A DNA stretch of 64,000 bases from the human T2T-CHM13v2.0 reference genome, Homo sapiens (GCF_009914755.1 NC_060925.1), one strand, 5' to 3'; positions 29,770 through 42,858 are shown, numbered from the stretch's first letter. Program-made: numbers and translations. The notes: a model not told the origin generated them from the letters alone.

Positions 29770-30220
29770 AATTTCATGATCTACAGGTAGATTTGATAGA
29801 TGGTGTTATGGTACCAGGAGTGGGGAGCAGCCAAAACACAAACCCTAAAATATGTGGCTCTAGGGCCAGATGGCAGTCAGCAAGAGAACCGTTACTGAGG
29901 GTTGGAAAGATGGTAATCTATGTTATGCAGTGGTGAAATATTTGGTAAAGCTGTTGTAGGAATAACTTGAAGGGCGGATGATGTGCTGAAGGAACTTGAA
30001 GCTTAAGGTGAAAAGATGGGGAAACTGAACGTTAGTAACATCCCTTGGTCACTACTGTAAGAAAGAGATGAGCTCAGAAAAGAATTGGCTAAATTGTAAG
30101 CAGGTATAAAAAGAAGTAGAGAGGGTCCAGGACTTCTGGAGTCCCATTTCTCCCAGGAAGGGGCCTGCCTCAGTATCCATGCCAAGCTCAGTTACTGGCT
30201 GGGAGCTGCTTGTGGGAATC
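29770..30220 (+). mobile_element. MLT1 internal and LTR fragments
   Basis: MLT-int-like ACCCTAAAATATGTGG...GAAAGAGATGAGCTCAGAAAAGAATTGGC. Confidence 0.5.
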
Positions 30221-33200
30221 ACTTCCCTCTGAGTGTGACTCAGTCATACTCTAAAGTACGACATGACTCTTCCTTGCAGAGATCTGGACATATACAGTGT
30301 CCAGTCACACGGACAGATGCAGCTTCTGTGGTCACTCTAGATGATGCTAACTTCCTTATGCTGGCATGCTATCCTCATAATGCAGGCTGCAGTTAACTAT
30401 TTTAAAAGTTAACATGGTAAGCAGAAGTGATTCCTCTTTGGCTTGAACATGGACTGTTTGGAGGGCACTGGAGAGAACCAAAAGAGTGACAAGTTTTGAG
30501 TGCTTGTCATGTAAGAAACAGGAAAGAAAATGCGGCATAATTACCTGTCTCTGGGGAGAGGAGCAGGATTGCTTTTGTTCCTCCAAGTAGGCAGAAACAG
30601 AAACACTGGGCAGCTGGTACAGAGAGACGGGTTTTGAGAGGCAGTACTCTCCCAGCAGCACTGTCTAGCCAGCTGTCTGCCCGAGTCTGGGGGTGCTAGT
30701 GCCTTCTGCAGGATTACCCTATAGGAGGCATTTCCAGGGTGCTGATGTGGACTCATGCCAGAGGTGACAGTGTCAGCCATCCATGGTGGAAACACAAAAA
30801 TAAGGACACTTAGTGAGCTTGGCCCAAGCTATTACATTTTCATCTCTGAGGTTATATTTCCCACACCTTTACCGTTGAATGTCCTTTTATCAAAATAGTA
30901 GTCATTGTTTAAGTGATATCTCTATGTTAAACCTTACATTTTTTTCTTTTTAATTTTATTGATTTGTGAAATCCTAAAGTCTTGAAACTCCTAAGCTAGC
31001 TGACTTTTCAGATCTGGGATCTGTTTTATCTCTAAATGATTATGATTCCTGACTTTTTTTTGATATAAACACTCAACTGCCATTAAGAGTGCTCATGATA
31101 GGGAATAGATGCTGCATTTGTTCATGTTTAAATACTGAGGCTCAAGTACCTGTCAGAAGGAGTTTATTATATTTTCTAGGCTCTCTGAAATTACATCAGA
31201 AAAATGTGAATTAGAATATAACCCATAAATAATATCTGGCCACATGCAAAGTAATTGAAGATCAATTGAAATAGCTATTGGATTAAGAAATAGAGACTGA
31301 GGTAAATTTACAGGGTCAGGGAGGATCTAAGGAGGAAGCATTGACACTGGAGCCCAGGGACCTGGGATTACAGAACAGATTCTACCAGTGCTAACTTACT
31401 GCTCCAAAGAAAATATCAATTCTGCTCATCCGCAGGTACTATTCATCAAGAAAGGGATTACAAGTTCACAAATGTGTTCAAAATGTACCCATACTTCGAC
31501 ATATTAATGAAGTAATCACATTCTACACATGACTACTCCATATGGAATACTGGGGTGGGGTGTTCCAAATAAAGAGACTGAGGATTTCTCATGAGAACTC
31601 AGTGTCTGCTAGAAAATATCTAAGTAAAATATTTTACTTATGTGGAAGGTGTGGATGTTTGTGCATCACAAGTTTCAAGAATCCCTAAAATGTACAATGG
31701 AGATGAGGAGAAAATATCAGAATTTCCCAGCACCAGAAATGAGGCAAGAAAAAATTCAGAGGAGTTGTAAATGTGAAAAGCCAATGGCTGGTCACACAGC
31801 AACATTGATAACCTTGTGCCAGGACAACTAGAATAAATACATAAACATACAGATTGAAAGTATTTCCAATATTAGATCTCCCTCATGTGAGAACTAAATT
31901 ATAAAGATTGAAGCATATAAGAAAATAAGCTACCAGAATTTAGGCTACCAGAATAAATTCGATTACACATAAATTTCTGATATTGAAATTCTCACAAATG
32001 TTTAAGTTGGTAGTGGAAGACAAAGGACATATAATCTTGGGAGTCCTAGGGCCCTGCCCGCTGCCAGTTCCTCCATGCTACTACAGCTGATGCTTTCTGG
32101 AAAGCAACACCTCCTGGCAGGAGGCCAACCAGCACAAATATAGAGCATTAAACCACTAAAGCTAAGGACCCTCACAGAGTCTATTGCACCCTTCACCACC
32201 TCCACTGGAACAGGCGCCGGTATCCATGGCTGAGAGACCCATAGATGGTTCACATCACAGGGCTCTATGCAGACAACCCCTAGTACCAGCCCAAAGCCAG
32301 GTAGACCTGCTGGGTGGCTAGACCCAGAGGAGAGACAACAATCAATGCACTTTGGCTCACAGGAAGCCATGCCCATAGGAAAAGTGGGAGAGTACTACAT
32401 CAAGGGAACACTCTGTGTGACAAAAGAGTCTGAACAACAGTCTTCAGCCCTAGACCTTTCCTCTGACAGAGTCTACCTAAATGAGAAGGAACCAGGAAAC
32501 CAACCCTGGTAATCTGACAAAACAAGACTCTTCAACAACCCCCAAATAATCACACCAGTTCATCACCAATGGATCCAAACAAAGAAGAAATCACTGATTT
32601 ATCTGAAAAAGAATTCAGGTTAGTTATTAAGCTAATCAGGGAGGGGCCAGAGAAAGGTGAAGCCCAATGCAAGAAAATCCAAAAAATGATACAATAAGTA
32701 AAGGGAGAAACAGTCAAGGAAATAGCTTAAATAAAAAATAATAATAATAATAAAAAATCAGGAAACTTTGGACGCATTTTTAGAAATGTGAAATTCTCTG
32801 GAAAGTCTCAGCAATAGAATTGAACAAGTAGAAGAAAGAAATTCAGAATTCGAAGACAAGGTCTTTGATTTAACCCAATCCAATAAAGACAAAGAAGAAA
32901 GAACAAGAAAATATGAGCAAAGCCTCCAAGGAGTCTGGCATTCTGTTAAACGATGAAACCTAAGATTAATTGGTGTACCTGAGGAAGAAGTGAATTCTAA
33001 AAGCCAGGAAAATGTATTTGGGGGAATAATCAAGGAAAACTTCTGTGGCCTTGTGAGAGACCTAGACATCCAAATACAAGGAGCACTAATAACACCTGGG
33101 AAATTCATCACAAAAAGATCTTAGCCTAGGCACATTGTCATTAGGTTATCCAAAGTTAAGACAAAGGAAATAATCTTAAGGGCTGTGAGACAGAAGCACT

Positions 33201-34627
33201 AGGTAACCTATAAAGGAAAACCTATCAAACTAACAGCAGATTTTGCAGCAGAAACTTTACAAGCTAGATGGGATTGGGGCACTTTCTTCAGCCTCCTCAA
33301 ACAAAACAATTATCAGCCAAGAATTTTGTATCCAGCAAAACTAAACATCATATATGAAGGAAAGATACAGTCATATTCAGACAAACAAATGCCGACAGAA
33401 TTTGCCGTTACCAAACCAGCACTGTAAGAACTGCTAAAAGGAGCTCTAAATCATGAAACAAATTCTGGAAACACATCAAAACAGAACTTCATTAAAGCAT
33501 AAATCACACAAGAGCTATAAAACAAAAATACAAGTTAAAAAGCAAAAACAACAAAAAAAAACAAGTATAGAGGCAACAAAGAGCATGATGAAAGCAATGG
33601 TACCTCACTTTTTAATACTAATGTTGGTTGTAAATGGCTTAAATGCTCCACTTACAAGATACAGAACCACAGAATGGATAAGAACTCACCAACTAACTAT
33701 CTGCTGCCTTCAGGAGACTCACCTAACACATAATGACTTACATAAACTTAAGGAAAGTGGTAGAAACAGGCATTTCATGCAAATGGACACCAAAAGCGAG
33801 CAGCAGTAGCTATTCTCATATGAGACAAAACAAACTTTAAAGCAACAGTAGCTAAAAGAGACAAACACAGACAGTATATAATGGTAAAGGTCTCATCCAA
33901 CAGAAAAATATGACAATCCTAAACATACATGAACCTAACACCGGAGCTCCCAAATTTATAAAACAATTACTAGTAGACATAAGAAATGAGATAGACAGCA
34001 ACACAATAATAGTGGGGGACTTCAATACTCCACTGACAGCACTAGACAGGTCATCAAGACAGAAAGTCAACAAAGAAACACTGGATTTAAACTATACTTT
34101 GGAACTAATGGACTTAGATATATACAGAACATTTCATCAACAATCACAGAATACACATTCTATTCCACAGCACATGGAATTTTCTCCAAGATAGACCATA
34201 TGATAGGCCATAAAACGAGTCTCAATAAATTTAAGAAAATTGAAATTGTATCACGCACTCTCTCAGATCACAGTGGAATAAAACTGAAAATCAACTCCAA
34301 AAGGAATCTTCAAAACCATGCAAATACATGGAAATTAAATAACCTGCTCCTGAATGAGCATTGGGTGAAAAATGAAATCAAGATGGAAATGTAAAAAATT
34401 TCTTCGAACTGGATGACACAACCTATCAAGACCTCTGGGATACAGCAAAGGCAGTGCGAAGAGGAAAGTTTGTAGCCCTAAACACCTACGTCAAAAAGTC
34501 TGAAAGAGCACAAACAGACAATCTAAGTTCACATCTCAGGGAACTAGAGAAGCAGGAACAAGCCAAACCCAATCCCAGCAAACAAAGGAAATAACCAAGA
34601 TCAGAGCAGAACTAAATGAAATCGACA

Positions 34628-34651
34628 CAACAACAACAACAACAACAACAA
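34628..34651. repeat. (CAA)n microsatellite inside L1
   Basis: About 8 CAA units. Confidence 0.9.
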
Positions 34652-35998
34652 ATACAAAACATAAATAAAACAAAAAGTTGGTTATTTGAAAAGATAAATA
34701 AAACTGATAGACCATTAGCAAGATTAACCAAGAAAAGAAGAGAGAAAATCCAAATAACCTCACTAAGAAATGAAACAGGGGATATTACAACTGACACTAC
34801 TGAAATATTAAAGATTATTCAAGGGTACTATGAACACCTTTTGGCACATAAACTAGAAAACCTAGGAGAGTTGGATAAATTCCTGGAAAAATACAACCCT
34901 CCTAGCTTAATCAGGAAGAAGTAGATACCTCAAGCAGACCAATAAAGCAAGCAGCAAGATCGAAATGGTAATTTTAAAATTACCAACCAAAAAAACCGAG
35001 GACCAGACAGATTCACAGCAGAATTCTACCAGACATTCAAAGAATGTCTTCTTTCATTCAAAGAAGAAATGATACCAATCCTTTCACACTATTCCACAAG
35101 ACAGAGAAAGAAGAAAGCCTCCCTGATTCATTCTATGAAGCCAGCATCACCCTAATACCAAAACCGTGAAAGGACATAACCAAAAAAGAAAACTACAGAC
35201 CAATATCCTTGATGATCACAGATGCCAAAATCCTTAACAAAATACTATCTAACTGAATCCAACAACATATCAAAAAGATAATCCACCATGATCAAGTGGG
35301 TTTCATACCAGTGATACAGGAATGGTTTAACATATGCAAGTCAATAAATGTGATATACCAAATAAACAGAATTAAAAAAAAACTCAAATGATTATATCAA
35401 CAGATGCAGAAAAAGCATTCAACAAAATCTAGCATTGCTTTATGATTAAAGCTCTCAGCAAAATAGGCATACAAGGGACATACCTTAATGTAATAAAAGC
35501 CGTCTATGACAAACCCACAGCCAACATAATACTGAATGGGGAAAAGGTGAAAGCATTCTCTCTGAGAACTAGAACAAGATGAGGAGCCTACTCTCACCAG
35601 TCCTCTTCAACATAGTACTGGAAGTGCTTGCCAGAACAATCAGACAAAAGAAGGAAATAGAGGAAATCCAAATCGGTAAAAAGGAAGTCAAACTATCACT
35701 GGTTGCTGACGATATGATCTTTCGCCTTGAAAACCCTATGGACTCCTCTAGAAAGCTTCTAGAACTGATAAAAGAATTCAGCCAAGTTTCCAGATACAAG
35801 ATTAATGTACACAAATCAGTAGCTCTTCTATACATCAACAGCTACCAAGCAGAGAATCACATCAAGAACTCAACCCCTTTTACAATAGCTGCAAAAACAA
35901 ACAAACAAACAAACAAACAAAAAACTTAGGAATATACCTAGCAAAGGAATCAAAAGACCTCTACGATGAAAATTACAAAACACTGCTGAAAGAAATCA

Positions 35999-36280
<282 letters not shown>

Positions 36281-36921
36281 CTACAAATTCAATGCAATCC
36301 CCATCTGAATACCACCATCATTCTTCACAGAATTACAAAAACAATTCTAAAATTAATATGGAACCAAAAGAGAGCCATGTAGCCCAACCAAGGCTAAGCA
36401 AAAAGAACAAACCTGGAGGCATCACAGTACTTGATTTCAAACTGTACAATAAGGCCATAGCTACCAAAACAGCATGGTACTGGTTTAAAAATACGCACAT
36501 AGACTAATGTAACAGAAGAGAGAACCCATAAATTAACCCAAATACTTACAGCCGACTGATCTTCGACAAAGTAAGCAAAAAATAAAGTGGGGAAAGGACA
36601 CCCTTTTCAACATATGATGTTGGGATAATTGGCGAGCCATATGTAGGGGAATAAAACTGGATTCTCATCTCTCACCTTATACAAAAATCTACTCAAGATG
36701 GATTAAAAACTTAAACCTAATTCCTGAACTATAAAAATTCTAGAAGATAACACTGGATAAACCCTTCTAGACATTGGCATAGGCAAGGATTTCATGACCA
36801 AGAACCCAAATGCAAATGCAATAAAAACAAAGATAAATAGCTGGGACTTAATTAAACTAAATAGCTTTTGCATGGCAAAGGGAACAGTCAGTAGAGTAAA
36901 TAGACAGCCAACAGAGTGGGA

Positions 36922-37140
36922 CCCCTGACCCTGACCCCTAACCTTAACCCTAATCCCTAACCCTAACCCCTAACCACAACTCTCCCCCTCCCCCTAACCC
37001 AACCCTAACCCCTAATCCCTAACCCCCAACCTCTCTTAACCCCTAACTCTAAATGTTGACTCCTAACCCCTAACTCTGACCCCAACCCCTATCTCCAACC
37101 CCTAACCCTAAACTTAACCCCTAACACCAACCTTAAGCCT
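36922..37140 (-). repeat. Degenerate interstitial telomeric repeat (TTAGGG on minus strand)
   Basis: About 14 CCCTAA hexamers mixed with CCCTGA, CCCCAA and CCTTAA variants. Confidence 0.93.
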
Positions 37141-37828
37141 AGGTTCGTTACTACGTTTGTATTGACTATGTCAATGTTGATTATTATGATCGCTGTCTTA
37201 GGACTGCACGGCAGCGAGGGGATTGTGGATCTTATATTAATGTTTTTGTGTCGAGGCAGTGCATTAGCACTACAGGTGCTTGTTACATGAGCAAGGGGGG
37301 TGTCATCTTTTGAGTGCCATGTCTGCATTAGGAATGCTGCATTTGTCTTCCGAGGCTGCGGTGTGGATCTCGCACTGCGGCCGCCTCACCTTGGCTGGGG
37401 AGAACCTCGGTGGGCAGGATTCAGAGGGGCTTTTGGTTTCCCGTTTTCCACACTGAACCCTTCTATCTGGTTTCTGACCCTGATTATTCAGGGCTGCAAA
37501 CAGGAAGGATTTTATTCACCGTCGATGCGGCCCCGAGTTGTCCCAAAGCGAGGCAGTGCCCCCAAGGTCCGTGCTGAGGAGAACGCTGCTCTGCCTTCGC
37601 GGTGTCCCCCGGGTCTGTGCTGAGCAGAACGCAGCTCCGCCCTCCCGGTGCCCCCGGCCCGCCCGGGTCTGTGCCAAGGAGAACACTGCTCCGCCTTCGC
37701 TGTATCTCCGAAGTCTGTGCACAGGAGAACTCAGCTCCGCCCTCGCGATGCTCTCCGAGTCTGTGCTGAGCACAACGCAGCTCCGCCCTCGCAAAGGCAC
37801 AGCGCGGGCGCAGGCGCCCAGAGGCGCA
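37141..37828. repeat. TAR1 telomere-associated repeat with CpG-rich ~46-bp units and one 29-mer-like unit
   Basis: TAR1-type spacer (GGGGAGAACCTCGGTGGGCAGGATTCAGAG, CTGACCCTGATTATTCAGGGCTGCAAAC); five GTCTGTGCTGAGGAGAACGCAGCTCCGCCCTCGC-like units starting at 37567, 37613, 37667, 37713 and 37759; then GCGCAGGCGC...GAGGCGC. Confidence 0.9.
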
Positions 37829-40800
37829 CAGGAGACCTCAGGCCCAGACTCCACTCCCCAGCTGTGAAAGGGTAAGAATTGAGGGTGGCTGAGGCTCGGG
37901 GTTGTTCAGGGCGGGGTGGGCTCTGGACCCAGCAGGCCCGGCACCCAGGTCAGGGATCCAGGGGAGGCCAGGTGGGGCGAAGGCCAAGAAGGGGCCGGGG
38001 CTGGTCAGGAAGGGCTCCTGGTGACCAGAACACTTTGCGTGAGCCAGCGTGGGAGGAAGGTGGGCTGGATGAGCCAGGGAGGCGCCGGGAGGGGCCTTGG
38101 CAGAGGCGACCCCCTCCGTCAGCCCCCAGGCCACTGAACCCTGGGTAGCAAGAACCGGCAGGGGAGGCTGCAGACGGAGGAGTGGAGGCTCCTTGGCTTT
38201 GGGGGCTCTGAGCAGAAGCATCTAGGGGGTCCCTCAAGAGACCCCCAAATGCTGCCCCATGGTGAGAAAACAGGGAGAGGCCCTGCAGGGACCCCCCGGG
38301 GTTACAAAGGGCTGCCACTGTGAGAAGGCAACGCTGCTGGCTGGGGCTGGGCTTTCTACCTCACCAAGCCTCTTCCCACCCAAAGGGCCCAGAGAGGGGC
38401 AGCTGCCCCCCCAGCGGGCACAGCACCTCCTCCCTGTGTGATGGGGTGGGGCCCACAGTCTCCTTTCTCGCGGCCTGCCTGGGCTGACCCTGGGTCCCAG
38501 CTCGGCCATGGGGCTTCGGCATGTAAAGCCCTTGGGGGGCAGAGCCTCCCGCCCCCGCCAGCTTCTGGCTCTCTGTGTCGCCCCCAGCACTGGACTGGTG
38601 CCTTGGAGGGAGGCTCCGCCCTCCTCCACATCAACCCGCTGAGGAGTTCTGTCTTCCCAGGGTTGTGAGGGAAACCAGCTCTGCAGGCCTATGTCCAAGT
38701 CTAGGCACCGCCTCCTCCAGGGAGCCTTCCAGACCTGATCTGTGTGGCAGAGGCCCAGAAGGACCTGGGTGTGGGGATCCTAGAGGGAGGCGGGGGACCC
38801 AGCGTGAGGAGAGAGGGTCCCAGTGCTTCCTCCTGAGTGAGGGTCACCCATCTGACTCCGGCTGCACAGAGCCACTCCCTCTAAGCGCTCCTGCTCTCTG
38901 CCTTCCTGCATTAGCTCTTGCCTGTACCCGGCCCAGCAAACCCCTGCTCATCTTTCAGACCCAAGTTCAAGGCCCCCTCCCACTCCGGGTGGCTCATCAC
39001 CTGGCCTCCCCAGGCAGAGAGGCTAGGCTCCTGCTCACTGGGGCGTCTCCCTTGCCCACTGGCACGGGACTACAAGGAAAGGGGTTGACCCCCACCCTCC
39101 CCCGCCATGCCCAGGAGGGTGCAGACACAACTGGGAAGGTGCTAGAGACCCCGGGGGGAGGCTGGGCCAGCACCAGGCATTGGGGGGCAGGTTCCCGTCT
39201 CTACACCCCAGCCCCAGGCGGACAGCGCGTGCCCCTCCCGCTGCCCCACCTGTCACCCACCTGCTGGCCCCGGGCTGTCTCTGCTCCTGGCTCCCCTCCC
39301 AGCTGCGTCCCCAGCTGCCTCTCCAGGGAGGAGTGACAGCTGGCCTGTGCCACACCCTCGAGCCCCCCCGGACTACCCCCTCCCTGGGGCAGGACCCCTG
39401 CCTGTGGCACAACCAAGGGGCCTGCTGATGGGGGCTCATGTGAGCAGTGCCCCAGCTGTGGGTGTGGGTGCTGCCAGCTGCCACCGCCTTTGCCCTGGTT
39501 TCCCAGATAGACCCCGACCCACACTCCGAAGCTGTATCATGAACGCTGTGGTGGGCGGCTGGTGGGGAGCGGGGTTGCCGTCCCACTACCCTCTGGAAGC
39601 CTCAGCCATGAAGGGCCCCTGTGGGCACCTTTTCCCGGCACACGGTGCTGTGTTTCTCCACTCTTGGGCTCTGCAGTGACTTGAGGGGTCAAGTCTATGA
39701 TCCCACGGGAGGCTGGGCTAATGAGGGGACCAGAGACCTCAGTGCTGTGCAGGGAGTCCTGAACCACCCTGGTGGAAGGCCCAGCCCAACTCCCCAGTCC
39801 TCCCGCCAGCTCCCTGTGGTGTCCAGGAGACCTGTGGTCAGGCCTGGAGGAGAAGCTCCTCCTCCCCTCGACATCCTCCCTGCAGCCCTTGCTCTTCACC
39901 AGAGCCTCCTGACTCCCCAGGACCCCAGAGAGGACTGACCCTCTCCAGCCGACCTCTGGGCTCAGGACAGCTGGGCGGGGCAGCCACAGGAGCTGCCTGT
40001 AGGGAGCAGAGTCAGGACGGGGACCGAGCCGGACACCCATTCTGGAAGTGTCTGCACTTCCAGGCAGGGGAAGGACGGCAGTGGGTAGCTGGGAGTGCTG
40101 GGCCGAAGATGGGCATTGTCAGGCCCTCAGTGGGGACTGGGAGGTAGAGGTGGGGAGGTCTGTGGAGGAAGGAGAAGAAGGGCCAGTGTCCCGAGTTGGG
40201 GGTGGTTGGCAGTGGACGAGGCCGACAGGAACAGACCTGAGCTTGGGGAGCTCCACTCAGAACGAGGCATCCTTCAGGGTTCTGTGCATACTGGTGTCCC
40301 TGGCTGGGGGCCGGGCCCCGAAGTGGAGCCTGGGACTGTGAGGGTGGGGGGGGTGTGCTGGGGTGGGAGGTGGATGGAGCCCCCCCTCCACCGCCTGGCC
40401 GCTTGGGCTGAACCTTGGACTTCGGAGCCGGAACAGACATAGGAAATGGCCTAACTGCATTTGCGCAGGAACACCAAATCCCTCGCAGCTGCACGGGGCT
40501 GAGCCAGGGCCACGGGCGGGGTCGGCCATCCCAGAGTCCTGACAGCTCCGTGGTGTATGCCAAGGGGCCTGGGCCGCTGACCGAGGGGCGCCTTTCCCAG
40601 GCCAGAGGCCCCCACCCCACCCCAGGAGAGCTGCCCCCCTTTCAGTTCCCAGAACGGAGCCCGGCTGTGGAATAGTGATGCGGTGAGGTCATGGGGAGGG
40701 GGCCCGCATGACTCATATCCTGGGGTAGGGGAAAGGGAGGAGACGGAGAAGGGGCCCAGAGGCCTCCACGTCCTCAGCTCTGCTGGGTCAGAGGCCAGGG

Positions 40801-41796
40801 GCTGGCGGGGCTTCTCCCCAGCACTGGGTTTTAGGGGAGACACCAGGAGATGCTTACTCTGCATCCCCACTCTGTCCCCCAGGCCCCTAGCCAGGGAGAG
40901 CTCAGTCAGAGTGATCCTCCAGGGGCCCAGCTCTGCATGGATGATGTTCCCAGAGTACACACCTGGGCCTCGTGCCAGGGCCGGCACCGCCGTTGTCAGG
41001 GCTATGGCAAGGCAAACAGTCAATGTTTGCCTCACTAAAGTGAGGCTGCAGCACCCTGAAGGGATCCCTGGAGGGGGACGTGGTCCCCTTGTTCCCAAGC
41101 TTGTCTGCACATGCACGTGGATGTCAAGGGTTCCCGTGTGTGAGCACGTGCATATTTGTATGTGCATGGGGTGCGGGCATGTGTGCCTGTGTGGCCGGAG
41201 CGTGGGCTCGTGGAGAATGTGTGTGAGTTGGGTGTGCACCTGCATGTGCCCCAGGCCTAGGGAGTCCCGCGCCCGGCCGCACTCCATGTGTTGGGCATGA
41301 GCTGTGAGCAGAGTGAGGGCCTTTATGGGGCTGTTGGGGCCCGGACTCGTTGCCCTTAGGGGTGGACCTAAGGAAACGTGTGCACACGGGCTTCTGGGGT
41401 CTCTGTGCCAATGTGTGCTTCCAAGCCACGCCTCCCCTATGGCTTGGTGGAGGGGGTCTGTGGAGCTGGAGTGAGGGCCCTGGACCCATTGGAAGCCCAG
41501 GTCCAAGGAGGAGCTTGGGCTCCATCTCATGCCCCAGGCCCAAGGACACACACCCCAGCTGAGACCTTGCTCACATGGAGGGGCTGGGACATGGGAACAT
41601 GGGGAGCAACATGGCCAGGCTTCTCCTCCATGGAAACCCTCCACCTCCTCAATACTCTGCCCCAGCTCTGCGCCGCCCTCCATTTGGAGGGGCTGGGTCG
41701 TGAGTGGGGGCGTGAGTGAGCATGAGGGCCCCTGCACCCCAGGCTCTGCCTCCCCACGTGGAACGAGGCCCAGCAGCCCCCAGCCAGGTGGCTACT

Positions 41797-41995
41797 ACTG
41801 CATTCAATCAGTGCCCCTCCATCTAACAAATACTCCCTCATATAATCAGTACTCCTCCATCCAATCAATATTCCTTCATCAACACCTTTCTATACAACCA
41901 ATAGTCCTCCATCTAATCAATGCTCCTCCATCCAACCAATACTCTGCAATTTAACCACTGTCCCTCCATCCATTCAATGTCCCTCCATCCATCCC
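41797..41995. repeat. Degenerate ~19-bp minisatellite (CCTCCATCCAATCAATGCT-like)
   Basis: About 10 diverged units seen directly. Confidence 0.75.
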
Positions 41996-42275
41996 ATGGT
42001 CCCCCAGCCCTACCCCATGAGCAGCATGGAGGCAGACCCACATCTGTCTTGTGCGCCATCATCTCCCTGATGCTCTTCAGGAAAGGGAGGTGTCTCACAA
42101 TTGCATTGAATGGAGGAAGGCACATCTTTCCAGTGATCCCCACTCTAGGGCTGCATTGGGAAATCGCTCCCAGGGAAAACACAAACACAAAGCAGAGGGT
42201 TGCCCAGTGTGACCCTCTGATGTGACCACGGTGGCTGTCCACTAAGGTAATCCTGATGCTTTTCCTCCTCTGCAG

Positions 42276-42410
42276 ACTGCTGGCCAGACCCCCAAGCTAG
42301 CCCGCCAGGCCTCCATAGAGCTGCCCAGCATGGCTGCATCCAGTACCAAGAGTTGGTGGGAGACGGGTGAGGTATAGGCTCAGTCTGCGGCCAAGACTCC
42401 GTCCTGCAAG
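42276..42410 (+). pseudogene. LSP1P4/LSP1P5: LSP1 pseudo-exon, C-terminal caldesmon-like region (135 bp)
   Basis: CTCTGCAG| acceptor and |GTAAGG donor; encodes TAGQTPKLARQASIELPSMAASSTKSWWETGEV*AQSAAKTPSCK with in-frame TAG at 42375-42377. Confidence 0.93.
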
Positions 42411-42780
42411 GTAAGGTCCCCTCCAGGGGCAAGGCTGGGCTGCAGAGCCAGCACTGGGGAGTTTAGTAGCAGGCCAGGTTTCCTTGTTAAGACAAGCGTG
42501 GGACTGTCCAGGATGAATGTGGGCAGACAGAACCCTGAGGTATTGCAGTAGGGTTGAGTTCACCCTTGCTGGTGTAGAAGGCTGTGTTGTCCGAGTGGAG
42601 GTGGATGGCACCTTTATTCCTTTCCCTGCTTCTTCCACTGGGATCGCACAGAAAAAGTTTTGGTAGGCAGATCCCAGGCCCCCTGGCCAGGTAAGGCAAG
42701 GCAGGAGAGAAGGGCCCAGGGCTTCTACTCCCCAAGATCCAGGGGTCTGCCCTTGTGACATACCCTTCTGCTGCCCCCAG

Positions 42781-42858
42781 GATATTGTGGCTGGAGACAT
42801 GAGCAAGAAAAGCCTCTGGGAGCAGAAGGGAGGCTCCAAGACCTCATCAACAATTAAG
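42781..42858 (+). pseudogene. LSP1P4/LSP1P5: LSP1 pseudo-exon (78 bp)
   Basis: CCCCCAG| acceptor and AAG|GTAGAG donor; encodes DIVAGDMSKKSLWEQKGGSKTSSTIK as in LSP1; the following LSP1 exon (STPSGKRYK...) was not seen. Confidence 0.93.

Noticed and set aside
36922-37140. Chromosome 2 ancestral fusion site
   Set aside because: That site has head-to-head TTAGGG/CCCTAA arrays; only one orientation is present here, flanked by L1 and LSP1 sequence
37567-37800. Regularly spaced ~46-bp repeats that could be mistaken for a CRISPR array
   Set aside because: Tandem TAR1 units without unique spacers, in primate DNA with no cas genes
38575-41737. Long ORFs (253, 202, 205 and 428 aa) in the LSP1-derived block
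   Set aside because: GC-rich intronic sequence with overlapping ORFs on both strands and no recognisable domain
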